Part shown: positions 46,896 through 57,663 of the stretch, piece after piece
Position numbering within the stretch: position 1 is the stretch's first letter
Layout of the letters: each line of letters begins with the position of its first letter
Source of the DNA: Candidatus Parvarchaeota archaeon
Lineage (GTDB): Archaea; Nanobdellota; Nanobdellia; WJKC01
DNA: 64,000 nt
NCBI GenBank assembly: GCA_030615175.1
Contig: JAUWZX010000001.1
Location: 199,840 to 263,839 of the forward strand
Direction: 5' to 3'
Translations under genes and position numbers: made by a program
Notes under the pieces: generated by a model
Database searches by the model: none
What the model was told of the DNA's origin: nothing
What the model saw: only the letters and a program-made list of their open reading frames with translations

Positions 46896-47606
46896 TTACA
46901 TCCATAATTTAATTAATTCATTAGTAAGTAATCCGAGTTCTCCAAGAGAGTATAATGGCGGTTCGCCGTAATTACTGAAACTAAGGCGTGCATTGCTCTT
47001 ATAATGCTTAATTAATAAGTGCTTCTTAATGAATTCCAAGTCATCACTTAAAGCAGCAACTCTGATATTATCATTAATTTTTAGGAATACAGGATTCTTC
47101 TTAAACTTCTTTAAAGGCTTTATTAATCCAAGTGATTCATTAACGCGCACAGCATCATCAATTAAGTTATGAGGACTTACTTGCCCGTAATCCTTAACGT
47201 GCTCCTTTAATTTTAAGAGAAATAAGCCGTCCCTGATACTGTCCTTATCATGGAAGAGAGGAGTCTTAATTAATAATTCACTGATTAACTCATGATTTCC
47301 TAACTTACTAATGCTTACATTTTTATTCTTAAATTTTAAATTACGCGCTTCATTAATTAAGTCCTTGCTAGCAGCCATGATTTCAAAATCATTTACTGTT
47401 TCACCATTAATTTTAAAATTATTCTTAAGCACTTCCCTGTAATCATTAAGCATGATAGTCGTTCTTGGAAGGATTAATTTATAATTATAATTACTAATCT
47501 CAACTTCAGGGTTAAGTATTATACAGTAATTAATTGCGGTGCCAGTAATCCTTGGCAAGCCGTCACTGACTGAAAGTAATCGTGTTTTATGAGTCACTAA
47601 ATTCAT
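46896..47606 (-). CDS. hypothetical protein
   Basis: 236-aa ORF filling the gap, no recognised motif. Confidence 0.65.
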   Translation of the reverse strand: MNLVTHKTRLLSVSDGLPRITGTAINYCIILNPEVEISNYNYKLILPRTTIMLNDYREVLKNNFKINGETVNDFEIMAASKDLINEARNLKFKNKNVSISKLGNHELISELLIKTPLFHDKDSIRDGLFLLKLKEHVKDYGQVSPHNLIDDAVRVNESLGLIKPLKKFKKNPVFLKINDNIRVAALSDDLEFIKKHLLIKHYKSNARLSFSNYGEPPLYSLGELGLLTNELIKLWM

Positions 47607-47688
47607 TAATTAATTAATAGTATTGGACTTCTTATTAAAATGTTGGTATAAAACTTTTTATTAAAGTAATGATTCCATAAGATAATTA

Positions 47689-48375
47689 ATGGAATGGGGT
47701 AAGTCAGTAATTATTATGACAGCAATTATTTCAATAATTATAATTCTTTTAATCGTGATAGTGATTCCAGCTCAGCCACCAGTGGTTAATGAAGATGATA
47801 TGGGGCCTATTACTTCAGGAATGCCCGTCATTGAGGAGGAGATTCCAGCGCTTTACTGGGAGGCATTTAGTTTTAAAGCAGGTGAGTCATACTCCTTTAG
47901 GAGCACGTTTCCTGACCAGATTGGCGAGTACTCATTTGATGTTCAAAGCGTTTCAGGTGATGAAGTAACTATTCACTTTCACGGCGCCTTAAATGATTCA
48001 TTTGATAAAGTTATCACGTCAACCAAGGATAATTTATTATCTGACATGGTTGCTGATGATGAATTAAATTTTCTTGGCAGCATTGTTTTTTTCCATCTTA
48101 GTGACGAGTACCGCAGGGCTTTCTCTAAATTAGATTTAAGTGTTGGAACTAATTATGTTAGTAATGATTTCTTAACAGTTAACTTAACAGTTACTGGTTC
48201 CAGGACCATTAAAGAAATTAATTGTTACTTGGTTGATGTGTGCAGGATGAAGTATAAGTATTTTGAGGTGTGCATAAGCCCTGACCTTGCAATGCCAGTA
48301 AGAGTGAGGCATTACCAGTCAGTTACTAATGAACTTGATTACGTGATTTCATTAATGAATTATACTATTTCATAA
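47689..48375 (+). CDS. hypothetical membrane-anchored protein
   Basis: N-terminal TM, acidic beta-rich domain. Confidence 0.7.
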   Translation: MEWGKSVIIMTAIISIIIILLIVIVIPAQPPVVNEDDMGPITSGMPVIEEEIPALYWEAFSFKAGESYSFRSTFPDQIGEYSFDVQSVSGDEVTIHFHGALNDSFDKVITSTKDNLLSDMVADDELNFLGSIVFFHLSDEYRRAFSKLDLSVGTNYVSNDFLTVNLTVTGSRTIKEINCYLVDVCRMKYKYFEVCISPDLAMPVRVRHYQSVTNELDYVISLMNYTIS

Positions 48376-48409
48376 ATTTTTATATACTCTGAATGTCTTT
48401 TCTTGAAGC

Positions 48410-49564
48410 ATGCCTAAACGCGTGGACGCTCCTTGGCGTAAGTTCGAGAAGTTTCATGACAAACACAGGTACTTAATTCCATTAATATTCATTAGTGTTG
48501 TATTAATGACTTTCGGGATTAATTATTTAGGACCTGTCACAATCATTAATCACGCTAACCTGACAGGCCCCATCACTTTCAGGAGTGACTCTAACGTTCT
48601 TGCATTAACATTGCTTCCTGGATGGTCCTTCAGGGCTGACATAATAACTACTAAACCAGTAACAATGGAATTAATTGACTTATCAGGCAACTTGATTAAT
48701 TCAACAACTAACAGCATCCTGTTCTCCGGTATTAATTATTTGGATTATTATTTCTTAAGGCTTAAAGGCAGTAATTTCGCCCTGCTCGAATTAAATTATT
48801 ATTATTCAGGTAAGGCGCCTTACGCGCTTGAGTACTCATTATTTGGCGGCGGCTTATTATTGTTATTATTAACGTTGATTTACTTTTTCATAAGCCCGTT
48901 AAAAATAAAGTTTAAAAGAATTTTTAAGTCAAGGATTGACGGATTCTTCTATCCTATGATTGTTTTCTTAAGCATAATTGTTTTCTGGGTTTTCATGAAT
49001 GCATTCATGTGGATTATTCCAAAAGATATTATTTCAATAATTACCCATGTTATAATTGCTTTAATCATTGTCTTAATATTATCATTCATTTCAACAAAGC
49101 GTCAGGCGTCAAAGGTTAATGCATTCATTATTAATTATGCCTTAACTTACTTCTTATTATACATTGTGTTATTACTTGCTTATGGTGGTTTAGTAATTGG
49201 CTTCTGGATTTTCCTTCTAAAAATTAGCATTCTTAGCTGTTTAATTCTTTTATACCGTAAGTCTAAGAGCCGTGTTGCTGTTAATTATTTCATTCTTGTA
49301 TGGATTATAAGCACTGTGCTTAATATTGCAGTGTATGTTGTCGGAGTCCCTGTTAATTTTGACAATGCCTTAGCCGTTCCTAGTATGCAGGGCACTTGGT
49401 TATTATTCATGCTGGTTGAAGGATTCATGATTGCGGCACTTTACTTCATGATTAGGGGTTACTACTCAAGTAATCTTGCAGTGTCATTAGAGAACGGCTT
49501 GTATGCAGGCGTGTTATTTCAAGGGTTAATGCAGGCAGTAATGGTTACTAATGTAATGATTTAA
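48410..49564 (+). CDS. hypothetical polytopic membrane protein
   Basis: Extracellular loop followed by multiple TM helices. Confidence 0.7.
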   Translation: MPKRVDAPWRKFEKFHDKHRYLIPLIFISVVLMTFGINYLGPVTIINHANLTGPITFRSDSNVLALTLLPGWSFRADIITTKPVTMELIDLSGNLINSTTNSILFSGINYLDYYFLRLKGSNFALLELNYYYSGKAPYALEYSLFGGGLLLLLLTLIYFFISPLKIKFKRIFKSRIDGFFYPMIVFLSIIVFWVFMNAFMWIIPKDIISIITHVIIALIIVLILSFISTKRQASKVNAFIINYALTYFLLYIVLLLAYGGLVIGFWIFLLKISILSCLILLYRKSKSRVAVNYFILVWIISTVLNIAVYVVGVPVNFDNALAVPSMQGTWLLFMLVEGFMIAALYFMIRGYYSSNLAVSLENGLYAGVLFQGLMQAVMVTNVMI

Positions 49565-49566
49565 CT

Positions 49567-50109
49567 TTACTGTTTAATCTTTTTTAAGTTTTTAATTAAT
49601 TCTTTTACTCCTTTGTTTATGTTTTCTATATTATTGCCTCCAGTACATACTATTTTTCCAGTATTGAATAAAAGAAAACTTAATTTTGAATTAATTGGTT
49701 TATAAACAAGTCCTGGGAATTGTTCAGGATTGTATTCGGCTTTGTTAAGACCATAAATTATTTTATTAAGATTTAATGGGAAGCCGACATCGCCTGAAAC
49801 AACAATGTTTTGTACTTTCCAAACAGGACTTTTACTAAATGTTACTCCAAAACTCTTTAGTTTGTTCTTAAGAATTCTAATAACTTTTTTAATCATCTTC
49901 TTATTCTTTAATCCTGAAATAACTATTCTTCCAGAATCAAAGATTAGTATTGACACTTTTGGTTCTTTTAACCTGATGCATGCTCCCGGGAACTTGTTAG
50001 GGTCGTATTGGACATCCTTAAGATTGTTAACAACTTTTTTAACAGAGCAATTATTTGTAAATAAATTACATGATACAACCATGTTTTGCACTTTAATACG
50101 CCCCTCCAT
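49567..50109 (-). CDS. tbp: TATA-box-binding protein
   Basis: Two repeats: QNMVVS / QNIVVS, YDPNKFPG / YNPEQFPG, F.SG.IV.SG / F.TGKIVCTG. Confidence 0.95.
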   Translation of the reverse strand: MEGRIKVQNMVVSCNLFTNNCSVKKVVNNLKDVQYDPNKFPGACIRLKEPKVSILIFDSGRIVISGLKNKKMIKKVIRILKNKLKSFGVTFSKSPVWKVQNIVVSGDVGFPLNLNKIIYGLNKAEYNPEQFPGLVYKPINSKLSFLLFNTGKIVCTGGNNIENINKGVKELIKNLKKIKQ

Positions 50110-50216
50110 GCATGATTTAATAGGTCTTAACTTACCTTAACTGTTGCGGTTTTTCTAAATCTTTAATTATTTTTTACATAATATTTTAATTATCTGAAAT
50201 CCTTTCATATTACTTA

Positions 50217-51995
50217 ATGAGGAGGTTGTTATTATTCCTACTTCTTGCATTGTCAGTTGCTCCTGCTCTTGGCTCTACTTGCAGTACTGCAATTGCTGGT
50301 GTTAAGAAGGATGGATTAATTTATGAAGGAATCCTTGCTAACTTAACTGTTGAAGTGGTTTCTGGCAAGGGCAGGGTTTTCGTTGATACAATGCCTTTAA
50401 CGCAGGTTGACACGCAGGCAAGCGCTCGGCTTGCAAAAGAAGCTGTATGCGAGTTATTAAGTATTGACTGCAGGGATAAGGATTTTTTTTATATTATTAG
50501 AAGCGAGCACCCGTTAGTTGGCGGGCCTTCTGCTGGCGCTGCAATGGCTTCATGTACTTTAAGCCTCTTAACTGGAGCATCTTTGTATAATGATACAATA
50601 ATTACTGGCACGATTAATCCTGATGGGAGCGTTGGACCTGTTGGAGGAGTTTTTGAGAAGTTAGTGGCTTTGAAGGACAAGGGTTATAAATTCTTCCTTG
50701 CGCCTGACGGTTTAGGAATTGAGTCAGTAATGATTGATAATGCCTTGGTTGAAATTAATATTACTGAATATGCTTTAACGAGTCTCGGCATTCAATTCAT
50801 TTTCATAGATGACATAATTGAGGCATTTAAGTACATGAGTGGTTACACTGTTGAATTATTAAATGTGAGTTCAGCTGACGTTGCAAGCCAGGAGTATGCT
50901 AAGGTAATGGAGTCCATGAGTTCTTCATTAATTAATGAAAGTGTTAATCGCTACGAGCAAGTTAAGAATCTTGATTACCATGAGTCCTTAAGCCAGGCAG
51001 CGTCATTAATTAATGAATCGCGGAATTATCATGACCAGGGAATTTATTATTCAGCAGCAAGTTATGCCGTGCGTTCATTAATATTCTCCACTTATATTAA
51101 TTACTTGAAGGATTATAGTGAGGGCGATGCTTCTTATGTTTCCGCAGTGATTAGTAACTTGAATAATTCATTTAATGAGTTCAGTAATTCCTTTTTAAGC
51201 AATTTAGTTATAGACCATGTTTATGACCTTGAGAGTTTAGCAGTTACTATTGACAGGCTTAGGGAGGCAGAGTCCTTAATCAGTCAGGCTCAGGAAGTTT
51301 ATGAGTTAGGTTTTCACCCTAACGCTTTATATCTTGCATCTTTTGCTGACGTCCGCTTATTAACTACTAATCAATGGTCTGACTTGATTAATTACTTCAG
51401 GAATAATGACAGCATTCAATTTAATATTAATGTTATCGTGCCTTTAGTTATTGAGCGTTTAGAGCAGGCGCGTAATAGTGTTACTTATGCAAACACAATG
51501 TTAAGTGATATATTAAATGCTGGGGAGCACTTGAGTAATGCTATTGACGCGTTTAATGAAGGTAAGGTAATTTATTCATTATTTGAGGCTCTTAAGGCAA
51601 GGGCTGAGGCTAATCTTGCAATGGAGATTAGGGGTTTGGAGAATATTTCTATGAAAATTGATTCGAAAATTAATGGTGCTGTAAGGGCTATTAATAGGGC
51701 TGAGGAGCGGGGGCTGCTTCCTTTTCTTTCAATATCCTTTCTCGAGTATTCAAGCACTTTTACTGATGAGCCGTTGCAGGAGTTAATCTTCTTGTCTTAC
51801 AGCAAGGAGTTTGCTAGTATTAGTTCATCACTTAATGATTATGTTCAATACAGTGAATTGCCTGCTGGAGAGGGCTTTGTTGTTTCGCCTTTTAAGCGCC
51901 CTGAAGCCAGGGAAAACCCATTGTACCAGATAATCTTAGTTATTATTGGCTTTGTCTTCGGTTTAATAGTAACTTTAATAAGATTTGAGTCCTAA
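50217..51995 (+). CDS. archaeal Lon-like (S16) serine protease, secreted and membrane-anchored
   Basis: Signal peptide, GGPSAG, TGTINPDGSVGPVGG..EK, helical region, C-terminal TM. Confidence 0.88.
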   Translation: MRRLLLFLLLALSVAPALGSTCSTAIAGVKKDGLIYEGILANLTVEVVSGKGRVFVDTMPLTQVDTQASARLAKEAVCELLSIDCRDKDFFYIIRSEHPLVGGPSAGAAMASCTLSLLTGASLYNDTIITGTINPDGSVGPVGGVFEKLVALKDKGYKFFLAPDGLGIESVMIDNALVEINITEYALTSLGIQFIFIDDIIEAFKYMSGYTVELLNVSSADVASQEYAKVMESMSSSLINESVNRYEQVKNLDYHESLSQAASLINESRNYHDQGIYYSAASYAVRSLIFSTYINYLKDYSEGDASYVSAVISNLNNSFNEFSNSFLSNLVIDHVYDLESLAVTIDRLREAESLISQAQEVYELGFHPNALYLASFADVRLLTTNQWSDLINYFRNNDSIQFNINVIVPLVIERLEQARNSVTYANTMLSDILNAGEHLSNAIDAFNEGKVIYSLFEALKARAEANLAMEIRGLENISMKIDSKINGAVRAINRAEERGLLPFLSISFLEYSSTFTDEPLQELIFLSYSKEFASISSSLNDYVQYSELPAGEGFVVSPFKRPEARENPLYQIILVIIGFVFGLIVTLIRFES

Positions 51996-52005
51996 ATATA
52001 AGATT

Positions 52006-53496
52006 ATGAAGAAGTCTTATGATAAATTAGCATCTCTTTTTAAGAGGAAGGGCTATATTTGGGGTCCAAGCCCTGAGATTTATGAGGGAGGCGTTGCCGG
52101 TTTCTATGATTTAGGTCCTTTAGGTACTATGTTGTGGCGTAAAGTTGCTGACACCGTTAGAATGAATTATTTTGAGCATAGTTTTTATGAAATCACTGCA
52201 CCGCTCATAATGCCTAAAAAAGTGTGGGAGGCTTCAGGTCATTTAGGGGGTTTCACTGACCCATTAATTAAGTGCATTAAGTGCGGTTCAGTATACAGGA
52301 CTGATAAATTGATAACTGGATTATTCCCTAAAGAAGAGGTTGACGGCTTAACTTATAAGGAATATGATGAGAAGATTGAGAAGTTAGGCATTAAGTGCTT
52401 GAAGTGCAAGATGCAGTTAAGCAGGACTGTTCCTCAGGACATGATGCTAAAAACTACTATCGGGCTTGACAAGGAAGCTTATCTTAGGCCTGAGACTGCT
52501 ACTACTACATATCTTCCATTCAAACGTTATTATGAGTTTTTCCGAAGAAAACTTCCTTTCGGCGTTTTCCAGTTAGGCAAGGCTTTCCGCAATGAAATCA
52601 GCCCCAGGCATGGTTTAATCAGGACACGCGAGTTTAATCAGGCTGAAGCGCAGTTATTCATATTTAAGGGTGATAAGAATAAGTGGGAGGCGTGGAGTGA
52701 ATTCAAGGATGCTGAATTAAACCTTTATTCCTGTAAACTTCAGGGCAGGGGCTTGCGGAAGCCGAAACAAGTGCTTTTAAAGGATGCTGTTAAGAATAAG
52801 TTATTGCAGAGCAAGGCTTACGCTGCATGCCTGGGGATTTGCTATAAAATAGTTCTTGATTTAGGCTTTAATCCTAAGCGCCTGCGCTTCAGGCAGCATT
52901 TCCCTAATGAGAGAGCTTTCTACGCTCTTGATGCCTGGGATATTGAGTGGCATAGTGATTTCTTTGGCTGGGTTGAATTGGCAGGGGTTCATGACAGGTG
53001 TGATTATGATTTAAAGCAGCATGCCAAGTTCTCTGGTCAGGACTTAAGAGTTCTTAATAATGGTAGGAAGGAAGTGCCTCACATTCTTGAAATCGCGTTC
53101 GGCATTGAACGCCTCGTTTACTGCTTGCTTGAGCAATGTTATGATGAGGAGAAAGAGCGGACTGTATTGAGGCTTCCTCCTCACATGGCGCCGATTACTA
53201 TTATGGTCTTTCCATTACTCAATAAGGATAAAATTCCAGAAAAAGCGAAAGAAGTTGAGGATTTCTTACTTGAAGAGGATTTTTACGCTGAGTATGACGG
53301 TACTGGAAGCATTGGCCGGCGTTACCGGAGGGCTGATGAGGCTGGCACTCCTTTCTGCATTACAATTGACCACCAGACACTAGAGGATGATTCAGTTACT
53401 GTTCGCGACCGCGATTCAATGAAGCAGTTAAGAGTGAAAATCAGTGAATTGCCTGAATTCATTGAAATGGCTGTGTCAGGAGAAATTGATTTCTAA
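52006..53496 (+). CDS. glyS: glycyl-tRNA synthetase (alpha2 type)
   Basis: WEASGH, LRPETA, FRNEISPR, REFNQAE, GSIGRRYRRADE. Confidence 0.96.
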   Translation: MKKSYDKLASLFKRKGYIWGPSPEIYEGGVAGFYDLGPLGTMLWRKVADTVRMNYFEHSFYEITAPLIMPKKVWEASGHLGGFTDPLIKCIKCGSVYRTDKLITGLFPKEEVDGLTYKEYDEKIEKLGIKCLKCKMQLSRTVPQDMMLKTTIGLDKEAYLRPETATTTYLPFKRYYEFFRRKLPFGVFQLGKAFRNEISPRHGLIRTREFNQAEAQLFIFKGDKNKWEAWSEFKDAELNLYSCKLQGRGLRKPKQVLLKDAVKNKLLQSKAYAACLGICYKIVLDLGFNPKRLRFRQHFPNERAFYALDAWDIEWHSDFFGWVELAGVHDRCDYDLKQHAKFSGQDLRVLNNGRKEVPHILEIAFGIERLVYCLLEQCYDEEKERTVLRLPPHMAPITIMVFPLLNKDKIPEKAKEVEDFLLEEDFYAEYDGTGSIGRRYRRADEAGTPFCITIDHQTLEDDSVTVRDRDSMKQLRVKISELPEFIEMAVSGEIDF

Positions 53497-55028
53497 TGAA
53501 ACCGGAAGGTATTGCTGAGCGCTTGCATGAATTAGAGAGAAAAGTGCTTCTTGCTTTAAAGAAAAAAGATAAGCAATTAAGCACTGAATTAGAGGAAAGC
53601 ACAGGGCTTGGCGAGGCAAGCATTAACAGGGCATTGTTATGGCTTAGCTCAAAAAAATTAATTAAATTAAAGGAAGAAGTTAAGGAGGTAGTAATCCTTG
53701 ACAAGAATGGTGAGGAATATGCTGAAAAAGGATTTCCTGAGAAAAGATTTCTGAAGATAGCATTAAAAAATGACTCGATTCAAGGAATAAAGGCTGAACT
53801 CTCAAAAGATGAATTTAATGTCAGCATTGGATTACTTAAGAGTAATGGGTTAGTTAAGTTAAAAGAAGGTAGGATTATAGTAACGAAGAAAGGGCTTGCG
53901 TACTTGAAAACAGGAACCCTATATGAGAAAATTCTTAAGAAACTTCTTAAAGAGCCGTTAGGATTATCAAAGTTAAGCAATGAATTAAGAGAGGCAGTTA
54001 ATGAATTAAGCAAGAGGAAGGACATAATTAAGATAGAAGTTAAGACTTGCAGGCAGGCTGGTCTGGCAAAACTTGGATTAAGCGTGCTCCCGTATGTTAA
54101 GTTAGAGAAACTCATTGGTCAATTAACACCTCAATTACTGGGCACTGGGGCTTATAAAACCGCTGAATTCCGCAAGTATGACTTAGGTGCTCCGACTCCA
54201 AGAATTTTTTACGGCAAAAAGCACATTGTAACAATAATCCGCGACAGGATTAGAAAAATATTTCTTGACATGGGTTTTAAGCAAGTTCAGGGGCCATTGC
54301 TTGAATCAAGCTTCTGGAATTTTGACTCCTTATTCCAGCCGCAGGATCATCCTGCAAGAGACATGCATGACACTTTTTTCATAAAAGAACCAATGAGAGG
54401 ATTGCTTCCTAATAAGAAATTAGTTCAGAGAGTTAAATTAGTTCATGAGAGTGGATGGACGACTGGCAGCAAGGGCTGGGGTTATGATTGGAAAGAGTCA
54501 GTTGCTTCAACTAATATTTTAAGAACTCACACTACTGCTGTTAGTGCAAGGACGCTTGCTCAATGCAAGCCAAAGGACCTGCCGGTTAAAGTTTTTAGTT
54601 TAGGGCATGTTTTCCGCAATGAAACACTTGATTATAAGCACTTATTTGAATTCATCCAAGTTGAGGGTATTGTTGCTGCTCCTGGTGTTAATTTCAGGAA
54701 TCTGCTTGGAATCTTGAAGAACTTCTTTAATAAACTCGGGTTTGATGAAGTGCGCTTCAGACCTGGTTACTTCCCTTACACTGAGATGAGTGTTGAGCCA
54801 GAAGTTCTGCACCCTGTTAAGAATGAGTGGATGGAATTAGGGGGGGCAGGTATTTTAAGGCCTGAAGTAGTGAAGCCGTTACTAGGCATTGACGTCCCAG
54901 TTCTTGCATGGGGTCTTGGTCTTGAGCGTTCAATAATGGATGTCTTTAACATTAAAGATATAAGGGCTGTTTATTCAGATGATATTAATTTTTTACGGGA
55001 GAAGTCATCATATACGAAGAGGTTTTAA
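53496..55028 (+). CDS. pheS: phenylalanyl-tRNA synthetase alpha subunit
   Basis: QPQDHPARDMHDTF, LRTHTT, FRNE, YFPYTE. Confidence 0.97.
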   Translation: MKPEGIAERLHELERKVLLALKKKDKQLSTELEESTGLGEASINRALLWLSSKKLIKLKEEVKEVVILDKNGEEYAEKGFPEKRFLKIALKNDSIQGIKAELSKDEFNVSIGLLKSNGLVKLKEGRIIVTKKGLAYLKTGTLYEKILKKLLKEPLGLSKLSNELREAVNELSKRKDIIKIEVKTCRQAGLAKLGLSVLPYVKLEKLIGQLTPQLLGTGAYKTAEFRKYDLGAPTPRIFYGKKHIVTIIRDRIRKIFLDMGFKQVQGPLLESSFWNFDSLFQPQDHPARDMHDTFFIKEPMRGLLPNKKLVQRVKLVHESGWTTGSKGWGYDWKESVASTNILRTHTTAVSARTLAQCKPKDLPVKVFSLGHVFRNETLDYKHLFEFIQVEGIVAAPGVNFRNLLGILKNFFNKLGFDEVRFRPGYFPYTEMSVEPEVLHPVKNEWMELGGAGILRPEVVKPLLGIDVPVLAWGLGLERSIMDVFNIKDIRAVYSDDINFLREKSSYTKRF

Positions 55029-55031
55029 GTT

Positions 55032-56678
55032 ATGCCAGTAATTTCATTTAACAGTAAGGATTTCTGCAAGTTAGTTGGTAAGAATTATTCTAAGGACAAG
55101 CTTGAGGAGTTAATGCCAATGATTGGTATGGAGTGGGAGGGCAGTGAAGGTGATGAAATAAGCGTTGAAGTATTTCCTAACAGGCCTGACTTATTAAGTG
55201 TTGAGGGGCTGGCAAGAGCTTTCCGTTCCTTTACTGGCTTGAAGAAAGGATTAATTAATTATAAGGTAAGGGAGTCTAATTATGAATTAATAATTGATAA
55301 GAGTGTTAAAACTGTTCGACCAATTGTTGCAGCAGCAGTTGTTAAAGGCATTAAATTAACTAATGACAGTGTTAAGTCATTAATGCAGTTGCAGGAGAAG
55401 CTTCACTTAACTCATGCCCGTAACAGGGCTAAGGCGGCTATTGGAGTTCATGATTTAAGGGCTGTCAAATTCCCGGTTACTTACGCGGCAGTTGACCCTA
55501 AAAGCGTTAGATTCATCCCGTTAGATGGTTCTAAAATGATGACTCCTGAGCAAATCCTTGCCGAGCATCCTAAGGGCATTAAGTATGCAGGTCTTGTTAA
55601 TAAATTCACTGCTTACCCAATGATTCTTGGGGCTGATGATGAAGTCTTATCATTTCCTCCAGTAATTAATAGTGAGTTAACCAAGATTAGGCCTAAAACC
55701 AAGGATTTATTCATTGATGTTACTGGCACTGATGAATTCACTGTTAATAAGGCGCTGAATATTTTAACAACTTCACTGATTGAGAGAGGGTCAAAGGTTC
55801 ATTCAGTTACTATTCATGATGGGTTAAGTAAGAAGAAACTGCCCAACTTTAATGTAGAATTAATGAATTTAAATTCGGATTACTGTAATTCATTATTAGG
55901 AACTAATTTTTCAGTTAAGAGGGTTGCCGGGCTTATTTCAATGATGGGTTTTGGTTATAAAATAAAAGAAAATTTGTTAAGTATTAGCATTCCTTGTTAC
56001 AGGACTGACATTCTTCACCCAATTGACTTAGTTGAGGATGTTGCAATTGCTTATGGTTATATGAATTTTAAAGCAGAGCTTCCAAGCGTGAGCACTATTG
56101 GCTCTGAATTGCTGATTGAAGGATTCTTAAATCAGGTTAGGGATTTTTTAATAGGCAACGGATTCTTAGAGGTTATTAATTGGCATTTAACTAATGAGGA
56201 GGCATTATTTAATAAGATGAATGCCAAGGAGAGGGCTATTGTTAAAATATTAAATCCTAAAACAACTGATTTCACTGTTCTTAGGGATTACTTGACTCCA
56301 GTAATGCTTGGTTTTTACTCGCAGAACAGGCATAATGATTACCCGCAGAACGTGTTTGAGATTGGGGAAGTGATGAAGCTTGATTCAACTGAGAGCACTG
56401 GCGTTAGGGAGGATATTAATTTGTGTTTTTCAGTAGCGCATTCAAGCAGTAATTACTCTGAAGTTAAGGGAGTGCTTGATAATTTAATGAAGGTTCTTGG
56501 CGTCGCTTATTCAATTAAAGAGGTTGATAATTCATCTTTTATTAATGGAAGGGTTGCAGAAGTAATGGTTAATAAGGAGTCTGTTGGTTTTATCGGGGAA
56601 TTAAGTCCTGAAGTATTAATTAGTCATGAGCTTAAAATGCCAATAACTGTCTGTGAGTTAAACTTGTCTAAGCTCTAA
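55032..56678 (+). CDS. pheT: phenylalanyl-tRNA synthetase beta subunit
   Basis: PNRPDL, QEKLH, SFPPVINS, YRTDILHPIDLVEDVAIAYG. Confidence 0.97.
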   Translation: MPVISFNSKDFCKLVGKNYSKDKLEELMPMIGMEWEGSEGDEISVEVFPNRPDLLSVEGLARAFRSFTGLKKGLINYKVRESNYELIIDKSVKTVRPIVAAAVVKGIKLTNDSVKSLMQLQEKLHLTHARNRAKAAIGVHDLRAVKFPVTYAAVDPKSVRFIPLDGSKMMTPEQILAEHPKGIKYAGLVNKFTAYPMILGADDEVLSFPPVINSELTKIRPKTKDLFIDVTGTDEFTVNKALNILTTSLIERGSKVHSVTIHDGLSKKKLPNFNVELMNLNSDYCNSLLGTNFSVKRVAGLISMMGFGYKIKENLLSISIPCYRTDILHPIDLVEDVAIAYGYMNFKAELPSVSTIGSELLIEGFLNQVRDFLIGNGFLEVINWHLTNEEALFNKMNAKERAIVKILNPKTTDFTVLRDYLTPVMLGFYSQNRHNDYPQNVFEIGEVMKLDSTESTGVREDINLCFSVAHSSSNYSEVKGVLDNLMKVLGVAYSIKEVDNSSFINGRVAEVMVNKESVGFIGELSPEVLISHELKMPITVCELNLSKL

Positions 56679-56736
56679 GAAATTCTGATTTCGTACCGGA
56701 GGAGGTCTATTAATAATTTTAATGCCATTCTAATAT

Positions 56737-57663
56737 TTAAATATTTTGATATTTTCGTCTACGTCGTACACCCCTTAATTTCCAATGGAAAACCATGTGG
56801 ATTTTTTCATCCATTAAGTAAATCATTATTGGAATAGTTATTAGTCCTATTAATTGCGTGACTTGCAGTGCCTTGCCAATTAATAATGATAAGAGGCTTG
56901 TTATTACTGAGCCTATGAGTAATATGCTTGCTGCTTCAACTGCTTTGAGTATTTTAAGCCCTTTATAAAATGTTATTACATAAAAGAGCAAGAAAGTACT
57001 GCTTATTGTAATCCATGTCCATTGATTAATGCTGAAGTTAATTACATTAATTAGTAAGTTATTTGACTGTAAGTAAATTAGTAAGAATATTGAGCCAAGA
57101 GTCATTCTTGCCCAGGCAACAATGCTTGCAGGCAACTCTTTGAGTGCGTGTTTTGAGATTATTATTTCAGCACTCCAGAACAATGTAGCGATGAAGATAA
57201 GCAAGTCTCCATGGTTTAATTCAAGCAGGTTGGCATTAAATAATAAATAAACACCGAAAAGCAATCCTATAATGCACATTAATTGTTTTTTCGTTATTCT
57301 CTCCTTTAAGAATACTGCACTTATTGGTCCAACATATAAGAACATTGTCTTGTGAATGAATGCTGCATTAACTCCTGTACTAATCTTCAAGCCTGAGAAG
57401 AATAATAGGAATGGAATGCCTCCACCAATTAATCCAATAAAGATTAATTTCAGCCAATTCTTCTTATTAATCTTTAATAATCTCTTGTATTGTTTTATTG
57501 TAATTAGGATTGATGTTAAAATTAAAGCAACTGTTATGTTCTTAATTGTCGTGAACACGTAGGGGTTGAATCCTTTTACTGCAAAATTATTTGACCAGTT
57601 AGCGAAACCCCCGATAAGTGCTGCTATTAAAACAAGTGCTAACCCTTTCTTATATGTATTCAT
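56737..57663 (-). CDS. DMT/EamA family transporter
   Basis: Two EamA repeats, GLK....NAAFI, FLKERI. Confidence 0.88.
   Translation of the reverse strand: MNTYKKGLALVLIAALIGGFANWSNNFAVKGFNPYVFTTIKNITVALILTSILITIKQYKRLLKINKKNWLKLIFIGLIGGGIPFLLFFSGLKISTGVNAAFIHKTMFLYVGPISAVFLKERITKKQLMCIIGLLFGVYLLFNANLLELNHGDLLIFIATLFWSAEIIISKHALKELPASIVAWARMTLGSIFLLIYLQSNNLLINVINFSINQWTWITISSTFLLFYVITFYKGLKILKAVEAASILLIGSVITSLLSLLIGKALQVTQLIGLITIPIMIYLMDEKIHMVFHWKLRGVRRRRKYQNI

Noticed and set aside
56696..56708. CCGGAGGAGGTCT as a second tRNA-Thr att remnant at the left edge of the accessory block
   Set aside because: Only 10/13 identical; an equally good match occurs inside a CDS near 61809, so chance cannot be excluded despite the suggestive position
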